A DNA stretch of 64,000 nucleotides, from NCBI GenBank assembly GCA_902727925.1, contig CACVAW010000010.1, positions 72,726-136,725 on the forward strand. Reading direction: 5' to 3'. Source of the stretch: an uncultured Campylobacterales bacterium. Its GTDB lineage: Bacteria > Campylobacterota > Campylobacteria > Campylobacterales > CACVAW01. A program made the translations under genes and the position numbers. Positions 1 through 6,687 of this stretch are shown here, piece after piece (within the stretch, counting starts at the first letter, position 1; each line of letters starts with the position of its first letter). The notes beneath the pieces are model-generated. The model saw only the letters and a list, made by a program, of their open reading frames with translations. It was not told the origin of the DNA and searched no databases.

Positions 1-392
1 GTGGTGGAGCTGCACTTATAAAAGCAGCTTCGAATATATCTCTTGAGCTTGACGGTGATCAATTAATAGGTGCTGATATAGTTAAACGTGCCGTAACTGC
101 ACCTCTAAGACAAATATCACAAAACGCTGGATATGATGATGGCGTAGTTGTGAATAAAGTAAGCGAAAGCAAAGAAGCTAATTATGGATTTAACGCTGCA
201 ACTGGTGAATATGTAGATATGTTTGCAGCTGGTATAATTGATCCATTAAAAGTGGAAAGAATAGCTCTTAAAAATGCTGTAAGTGTATCAAGCTTACTTC
301 TTACAACTGAAGCAGCAGTAAGCGAAATACCAAAAGAAGAAGCTCACGCACCTGCTATGCCAGATATGGGCGGAATGCCAGGCATGATGTAA
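1..392 (+). CDS. groEL: Chaperonin GroEL, C-terminal fragment (5' end lies outside the window)
   Basis: Frame is open from nt 3 to TAA at 390-392. Translation reads ...[30 protein letters not shown]... and ends in the Gly/Met-rich tail [10 protein letters not shown] typical of GroEL. Confidence 0.95.
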   Translation, partial: GGAALIKAASNISLELDGDQLIGADIVKRAVTAPLRQISQNAGYDDGVVVNKVSESKEANYGFNAATGEYVDMFAAGIIDPLKVERIALKNAVSVSSLLLTTEAAVSEIPKEEAHAPAMPDMGGMPGMM

Positions 393-432
393 GAAGCGGA
401 AAAGAGCAAATTTCTTTGCTCTTTTCCGCTTC
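393..432 (+). terminator. Stem-loop directly after the groEL stop (18-bp perfect stem, 4-nt loop)
   Basis: GAAGCGGAAAAGAGCAAA-tttc-TTTGCTCTTTTCCGCTTC read directly. No clean U-tract follows, so terminator function is inferred from position only. Confidence 0.5.
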
Positions 433-444
433 GAACCGAACTAT
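409..444 (+). repeat. Direct repeat copy A (right arm of the groEL hairpin plus TCGAACCGAACTAT)
   Basis: aatttctttgctcttttccgcttcgaaccgaactat aligns with 544-578 at 31 of 36 positions with one indel. Confidence 0.85.
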
Positions 445-543
445 CGATGTATTAGCGTAGCGAATACCGATAGTCGGAACACCATAATGTCGCAAAAACT
501 TGTTTTTGCAATAAAAACACACGAACGGATATCAGAGAACATG

Positions 544-578
544 AATTTCTTCACTCTTTTCCGAGTCGAACCAACTAT
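544..578 (+). repeat. Direct repeat copy B of 409-444
   Basis: aatttcttcactcttttccgagtcgaaccaactat lies ~135 nt downstream of copy A in the same orientation. Confidence 0.85.
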
Positions 579-770
579 GCATAAATTTTCCTTATACATT
601 ATTTTGAACTGTTTCTAAGCTATTTCAATGTAGATTTACAAATCTTGTATGAATATTTTATATCTCTTCTTTTATCCTTCCTTAGTTTCTTTAATTAACT
701 CCACTTTTCTAAATCTATTTATCAAATAAACTAATTAGTCTTATTTCGCTAAAATATCTCATATTAAATA

Positions 771-3707
771 ATGAGGAATAATACTATTAACTTCACACAG
801 TATCACTCAAAATATTATGCTGAAATATTGACACTTCAAAGTAGTGCGAACTCTATTGACAGACTGTCTCAGTCAATCTTTAATGCTCAGATTGACTTGA
901 ACCCTCATCAAGTTGAAGCAGCTCTATTCGCTTTTAAGTCACCTTTGTCGAGTGGTGTTATATTAGCTGATGAAGTTGGACTGGGGAAGACAATAGAAGC
1001 TGGTCTTGTTCTTACTCAGTATTGGAGTGAGAGAAAAAGAAAGATTATTATCATAGCACCATCGAGTCTTAGAAAACAGTGGTCCATGGAGCTTAGAGAG
1101 AAATTCTTTTTAGATAGCTTCATCTTAGATGGTAAAAGCTACAAAGAAGAAATAGTAAAAGGCAATAAAAATCCTTTTGAACAAAAAGATAAGATAGTTA
1201 TCACTTCATACCAATTTGCTTCAAGACATAATGAAGCGATGTTTTTAGCAGATTTTCAACTAAGTGTTATTGATGAAGCTCACAAACTTAGGAACTACCA
1301 CAAAGGCGAAAAAGCAAAAATGTCATTTGCTATTGCCAATGCTTTGAGAGATACAAAAAAAGTATTACTCACAGCTACACCTCTTCAAAACTCTTTACTT
1401 GAAATATTTGGTCTTGTAAGTGTTATAGATGATTTTGTATTTGGAGATAAGAAGTCGTTTCAAAAACAATTCTCTTCAACTGCTTTAACCACAAGCGATA
1501 TGAACGACCTTAAAGATAGACTAAAACCAATAGTAAAAAGAACACTTAGAAAAGATGTCATTGAGTATATCAACTACACTAAGAGAATACCAATAGTAGA
1601 AGAATTTACACCCTCATATGAAGAAGTTGCTCTCTATGACTTAATCTCAGACTTTATACTTAATGAAGATTTATTCTCTATACCTCGTGCGCAAAGAAGT
1701 CTTATCACTTTAGTTGTTAGAAAACTACTTGCTTCATCTACTACTGCCATTATGGGAACACTTTCAACACTTATAAACCGACTTAGAAAAATGGTCGTTG
1801 AAAAGAAAATAACTCAAGAAGACAAGGTGAATGGCGAAGCCAGAGAAGGTAGCCTGGGCTATTTAAACTTTATAATAGATGATGAAGATGAACTGATAGA
1901 AGATTATCTTGAAGAAGAAAATGATACTCAACCTAAAATATCATTTCAAGAAGTTAGACTACTTGAAGAAGATGTTGAAGCTATTGAAAGAGAGATAGAA
2001 GAACTTGAAACATTTATAGAGTTAGCAAAAACCATAGAGATAGACACTAAGGCTAAATCACTTATGAGTGCTTTAACAAAAGGTTTTGAAGCTCAAAATA
2101 CTCTTGGAGTTAAAGACCAAAAAGCAATCATCTTTACGGAGAGCAGAAGAACTCAACAGTTTTTATTTGACTATCTTAGTGCTAATGGATTTTCAGAAAA
2201 GATAGTATTATTCAACGGAACAAATACAGACCCTAAGTCAAAAGAGATTTATAAAGCTTGGTTAGAAAAATATAAAGATAGTGATAGAGCAACTGGTGCC
2301 AAAAGTGCTGATATGAAACAAGCCATAGTAGATTACTTTAGAGAAACAGCTTCTATTATGATAGCGACTGAAGCAGGGAGTGAGGGTATAAACTTACAGT
2401 TTTGTAATATGCTAATAAACTATGACCTACCTTGGAACCCACAACGAATAGAACAAAGAATAGGTAGAGTTCATAGATATGGACAAAAGTTTGATGTAGT
2501 AGTTATCAACTTCTTAAATAAAAAGAATGCCGCAGATAGACGAGTATATGAGTTACTATCAACAAAGTTCAATCTATTTGAGGGTGTATTTGGTGCTTCT
2601 GATGAAGTGCTTGGAAGTATTGAAAGTGGAGTTGATTTTCAAGATAGAATATTAAAAATATATGAAACTTGTAGAGATGATAAAGCCATAGAAGAAGCCT
2701 TTAATATTCTTCAAGATGAGATGAGAGAGCAAATAGAAGAAACAACACTAAAAACAAGACAATCACTCTTAGATAACTTTGATGAAGATGTTCATCTAAG
2801 ATTAAAAGATACAGAGTTAAGAAGCAATGAAACAGTAGATAGATTTTCAACTATTTTCTGGGATATAACAAAAGCAGAACTAAATGATGCAGCTACATTT
2901 TATGATGAAAAACAAGAGTTTGAATATAAAGGTAATCACTACCAACTTATATCAGCTTCTAAAATAAATCCAAATCAAAATGCTCACACTTATAGACTAA
3001 ATAGTTCTCTTGGCGAAGAAGTAATTGATAGAGCAAAACAAAGAGAACTGAGACTTACTAAACTTATCTTTGACCTTACTCATAACAAATACAAAATATC
3101 TGTTCTTGATGACTACAATGGTAAAAGAGGTTTTCTTAGAGCTACTAAAGTATCTATACAGTCTTATGATACTGAAGAGTATGTAATCATTACAGCACTC
3201 ACAAGTGATTACAAACTGCTAAATGAAGAAGTAGCTACAAAGCTATTATCTCTTGAAGCCAAAGAAGATAATGGAAGAAATACAAAAGTTAATATTGACA
3301 CCAATGATACTGAAAAGTTAGAGTATGAATACATCAAACAAAAAGATATAATTCTAATAGAAAATGAAGCTACAAATCAAACTCATTTCATTAGCCAAAG
3401 TACCAAGCTATATAAGTGGGCTGAGGATAAATTAGCAAGTATTGAGAAAGAGCTAAAAGATACTAGGGGTAAAATCAAAGAGCTAAATCGCCAAAGTATA
3501 GTTACTCAAAGTATTACTCAACATTCAGATATACAGCTACAAATAAAAGCTCAAGAGAAGAAAAGAAGAAAAATACAAAGAGAAATTTTTGATATTGAAG
3601 AAGAGATTGAAGAACAAAGAGATGAATTGATAGAAGAACTCAAACTTGCTAAAGAACAAACGATTACAACAAATGAATTATTTACAATAGAGTGGGAGAT
3701 TATATAA
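771..3707 (+). CDS. SNF2/RapA-family helicase-like ATPase (DISARM DrmD-like), 978 aa
   Basis: Motif I ADEVGLGKT (about nt 978-992), motif II DEAH (1272-1283) and motif III LLTATPLQNSL. C-lobe motifs ATEAGSEGINLQ and YDLPWNPQRIEQRIGRVHRYGQ. Coiled-coil E/K-rich C-terminus. The stop TAA abuts the ATG of the next gene. Confidence 0.9.
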   Translation: MRNNTINFTQYHSKYYAEILTLQSSANSIDRLSQSIFNAQIDLNPHQVEAALFAFKSPLSSGVILADEVGLGKTIEAGLVLTQYWSERKRKIIIIAPSSLRKQWSMELREKFFLDSFILDGKSYKEEIVKGNKNPFEQKDKIVITSYQFASRHNEAMFLADFQLSVIDEAHKLRNYHKGEKAKMSFAIANALRDTKKVLLTATPLQNSLLEIFGLVSVIDDFVFGDKKSFQKQFSSTALTTSDMNDLKDRLKPIVKRTLRKDVIEYINYTKRIPIVEEFTPSYEEVALYDLISDFILNEDLFSIPRAQRSLITLVVRKLLASSTTAIMGTLSTLINRLRKMVVEKKITQEDKVNGEAREGSLGYLNFIIDDEDELIEDYLEEENDTQPKISFQEVRLLEEDVEAIEREIEELETFIELAKTIEIDTKAKSLMSALTKGFEAQNTLGVKDQKAIIFTESRRTQQFLFDYLSANGFSEKIVLFNGTNTDPKSKEIYKAWLEKYKDSDRATGAKSADMKQAIVDYFRETASIMIATEAGSEGINLQFCNMLINYDLPWNPQRIEQRIGRVHRYGQKFDVVVINFLNKKNAADRRVYELLSTKFNLFEGVFGASDEVLGSIESGVDFQDRILKIYETCRDDKAIEEAFNILQDEMREQIEETTLKTRQSLLDNFDEDVHLRLKDTELRSNETVDRFSTIFWDITKAELNDAATFYDEKQEFEYKGNHYQLISASKINPNQNAHTYRLNSSLGEEVIDRAKQRELRLTKLIFDLTHNKYKISVLDDYNGKRGFLRATKVSIQSYDTEEYVIITALTSDYKLLNEEVATKLLSLEAKEDNGRNTKVNIDTNDTEKLEYEYIKQKDIILIENEATNQTHFISQSTKLYKWAEDKLASIEKELKDTRGKIKELNRQSIVTQSITQHSDIQLQIKAQEKKRRKIQREIFDIEEEIEEQRDELIEELKLAKEQTITTNELFTIEWEII
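1821..1860 (+). repeat. GC-rich 40-nt in-frame repeat, copy 1 (encodes DKVNGEAREGSLGY)
   Basis: 33 of 40 nt match 4221-4260, including a 23-nt perfect core aaggtgaatggcgaagccagaga (1824-1846). 23 of 40 nt are G/C, set in AT-rich coding sequence. Confidence 0.95.
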
Positions 3708-6686
3708 ATGGCACAAACAGAAAATCAAAAGAAATTATTAAAAATACTAAACGAGATATTCCAACTTGACCAAAGTGATTTAGACTTTGGTATCTACCGT
3801 ATTATGAATACTAAGAGCAAAGAGATAAATGAGTTCTTAGATAAAGACCTTTTATCAAGTGTATCAAAGGCTTTTAGTTCAAACGATAACAGTGCTATTC
3901 AAAAAGAATTAGATGAGCTTATTAAAACTTTAACAAATGCTGGTATGAATGCCGATGACAGTCCTAAAGTTCAAGAGTTAAAAGATAGTTTATCTTCAAG
4001 TTCAACTTCTTCAAATCTTGAAAATGAAGTCTTTTCTCACTTAGCGAACTTCTTTAAGAGATACTATAAAGATGGGGATTTTGTAAGCCTTAGAAGATAC
4101 AAAAAAGATACTTATGCCATACCTTACGAGGGTGAAGAAGTAAAACTCCACTGGGCGAATAGCGACCAATACTATATAAAAAGTGGAGAGTATTTTAGAG
4201 ATTATACTTTTACTGTAAATGATAAGGTGAATGGCGAAGCCAGAGAGAATGCCCTGGGGTGCAAAACCATACACTTGAAACTTAGCGATGCCGAAACAGA
4301 GAGTAATAACAATAAAGCCACAAGTGATAAAGAGAGAAGATTTGTAGTCTTAGAAGATAATCCTTGTGAAGTGATAGATGATGAGTTATACATCAACTTT
4401 GAGTATAAAGCCATAGGTAAAGAGAACCAAGACAAGTTAAATGAAAAAGCTATTGCTAAAGCACTTGAAAGTATTGAAGATTTAGATTTTATCAGTGCTT
4501 TGAATACTTTAGCAGCAACAGAAAAAAATAAGAAACGAACTATTTTTGAAAAGCACTTGAAGAGCTATACAAGTAGAAATAGTTTTGACTACTTTATCCA
4601 TAAAGATTTAGGTGGATTCTTAGGTAGAGAGTTGGACTTCTATATCAAAAATGAAATGTTGTTTTTAGATGATATTATGGATAGTCCTATTAAATATGAT
4701 GAAGTGATGGGTAAGATTAAAATCTTTAAGAATGTTTCTCAAAAAATAATAGCATTTCTTACACAACTTGAAGAGCTACAAAAGAAGTTATGGGAAAAGA
4801 AAAAGTTTATCATAGAAACAAACTACTGTATCACTCTTGATAAAATAGAAGAGAAACATTATAGTCATATATTTGAGAACAAAGAACAGTTAGAAGAGTG
4901 GAAAATACTTTTTGATGTAGATGTTCAAAGTGTTGATGACTTGAAAAAAGAAAAATATTTACTTTTAGATACTAAGTTTTTTGATACAAAATTCAAATAC
5001 AAGCTACTTAGTCAGTTTGATAACCTTGATGAAGATATAGATGGAGTGCTTATCAACAGTGAAAATTTTGGAGCATTAAACTTACTTCAAGATAGATATA
5101 AAGAACAAGTCAAAACTGTATATATTGACCCACCTTACAATACTGGAAGTGATGGCTTTTTATATGCTGATACATATCAACATAGTTCTTGGATGAGTTT
5201 TATGTATGATAGATTGGCTTTGGGTAGAGAGTTAATGAGTGATGATGGGGTTATTTTTAGTAGTATTGATGATAAAGAACAGCATAATTTAAAAGTTATT
5301 AATGACTTGGTTTTTGGTATCAATAATTTTAATACTAATATTGGATGGCAAAAAAGATATACAAGGAGTAATAATACAATAGATTTTACAACCGTATTAG
5401 AATTTATATTAGTTTTTTCTAAAACAGATGATTTTATAGTGAATTTATTACCGAGAACTAAAGAAGCAGATGATAGATATACAAATCCTGATAAGGATAA
5501 AAGAGGTTCATGGAAAGGTGCTTCTTTTTTAAATCCTGCAACACCAAAAGAAAGACCTAATTTATGTTATCCAATTATTAATCCAAATACTAATATTGAA
5601 ACTAATCCAACAACTAATGCATGGAGACGCTCAAAAGAAGAATTTGCAAAATTATTAATAGAGAATAAATTATATTGGGGTATTGATGGAAAACAAGCAA
5701 TACCATCAATAAAAATGTTTTTGTCAGAAGCAAGAGGCTTGACACCAACTAATTTTTGGGAACATGGATATGCAGGAAATACCGATGAAGGAACTTTAGA
5801 TTTATTTAAACTATTTAATAATAAATTGTTTAATAATCCTAAGCCAATAAAACTTATTAAGCGAGTTTTTGAACATGGTTCAAATAAAAGTTCAACAGTC
5901 TTAGACTATTTCGCAGGTTCAGGAACAACAGGGAATGCCGTTATTAACTTAAACCGTGAAGATAATGGAACAAGAAAATATATCTTAGTTGAAATGGGAG
6001 AATATTTTGATAGTGTTACAAAGCCAAGAATACAAAAAGTAATTTACACAGACAGTTGGAAAGATGGCAAACCTCAAACTAAGAATGGTATATCTCAAAT
6101 CTTCAAATACTTCAAACTTGAAAGCTATGAAGACACTCTAAATAACCTTGAATTCAAAAGAACAAAAGAGCAAGAAGAAACGTTAGATATGTATGATAAA
6201 GCTAAAGATGATTATATACTCAACTACTCTTTGCGATTTGAGAGCCAAGCTTCACTGCTAAATATAGATACTTTCAAAACTCCATTTGATTATAAGCTCA
6301 AAATTGCTACTTCAAGTGTTGGCGAAACAAAAGATACTCCTGTTGATTTAGTAGAAACATTTAACTATCTTTTAGGTCTTGTTGTTAAGCGAATAGAACT
6401 ACTCTACCCCAAGGGTACTTCTTCGCAAGCTCAGGGCGAAAGCTACCTTGTAATAGAAGGGCAAAACCTTAAAAAAGAGAAAATCCTTATCATTTGGAGA
6501 GATGGTCAAAGTAGTGAAGAACTAAATGAGTTCTTCAAAAAAATGGATTGGTCTGTAAAGACAAGCGAGTTTGATACTATCTATGTAAATGGCGATAACA
6601 ACTTAGATAATCTTAGAAAAGATGAAGACCACTATAAAGTTAAGTTGATAGAGCAAGAGTTTAAAAAATTGATGTTTGGAGAATAA
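3708..6686 (+). CDS. Site-specific DNA methyltransferase, N6/N4 beta-class (type III Mod-like order) with a ~470-aa N-terminal extension, 992 aa
   Basis: Motif IV VYIDPPYNTG (DPPY at 5127-5138) precedes motif I DYFAGSGTTG (about 5910-5930), which is the beta-class order. The N-terminal ~470 aa have no motif I recognise. Confidence 0.9.
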   Translation: MAQTENQKKLLKILNEIFQLDQSDLDFGIYRIMNTKSKEINEFLDKDLLSSVSKAFSSNDNSAIQKELDELIKTLTNAGMNADDSPKVQELKDSLSSSSTSSNLENEVFSHLANFFKRYYKDGDFVSLRRYKKDTYAIPYEGEEVKLHWANSDQYYIKSGEYFRDYTFTVNDKVNGEARENALGCKTIHLKLSDAETESNNNKATSDKERRFVVLEDNPCEVIDDELYINFEYKAIGKENQDKLNEKAIAKALESIEDLDFISALNTLAATEKNKKRTIFEKHLKSYTSRNSFDYFIHKDLGGFLGRELDFYIKNEMLFLDDIMDSPIKYDEVMGKIKIFKNVSQKIIAFLTQLEELQKKLWEKKKFIIETNYCITLDKIEEKHYSHIFENKEQLEEWKILFDVDVQSVDDLKKEKYLLLDTKFFDTKFKYKLLSQFDNLDEDIDGVLINSENFGALNLLQDRYKEQVKTVYIDPPYNTGSDGFLYADTYQHSSWMSFMYDRLALGRELMSDDGVIFSSIDDKEQHNLKVINDLVFGINNFNTNIGWQKRYTRSNNTIDFTTVLEFILVFSKTDDFIVNLLPRTKEADDRYTNPDKDKRGSWKGASFLNPATPKERPNLCYPIINPNTNIETNPTTNAWRRSKEEFAKLLIENKLYWGIDGKQAIPSIKMFLSEARGLTPTNFWEHGYAGNTDEGTLDLFKLFNNKLFNNPKPIKLIKRVFEHGSNKSSTVLDYFAGSGTTGNAVINLNREDNGTRKYILVEMGEYFDSVTKPRIQKVIYTDSWKDGKPQTKNGISQIFKYFKLESYEDTLNNLEFKRTKEQEETLDMYDKAKDDYILNYSLRFESQASLLNIDTFKTPFDYKLKIATSSVGETKDTPVDLVETFNYLLGLVVKRIELLYPKGTSSQAQGESYLVIEGQNLKKEKILIIWRDGQSSEELNEFFKKMDWSVKTSEFDTIYVNGDNNLDNLRKDEDHYKVKLIEQEFKKLMFGE
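4221..4260 (+). repeat. GC-rich 40-nt in-frame repeat, copy 2 (encodes DKVNGEARENALGC)
   Basis: Same 23-nt perfect core at 4224-4246. It sits exactly 2400 bp downstream of copy 1, in the same codon phase. Confidence 0.95.
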
Positions 6687-6687
6687 A

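Noticed and set aside
419-578. TTCGAACC motifs suggesting a tRNA/tmRNA T-loop (a classic integration target)
   Set aside because: Neither strand can be folded into a T-arm with matching 5-bp stems or an acceptor stem, and no cloverleaf is visible.
487-618. 43-codon ORF (MSQKLVFAIKTHERISENMNFFTLFRVEPTMHKFSLYIILNCF) in the post-groEL spacer
   Set aside because: It has no convincing SD, runs across hairpins and the direct repeat, and has no recognisable features. It is probably fortuitous.
4041-4435. Two 77-aa minus-strand ORFs inside the methylase gene; likewise 9721-9912 and 11498-11713 inside ORF4 and ORF5
   Set aside because: They are fully embedded antisense to long ORFs with strong catalytic motifs. 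They are low-complexity, hydrophobic artefacts of AT-rich sequence.
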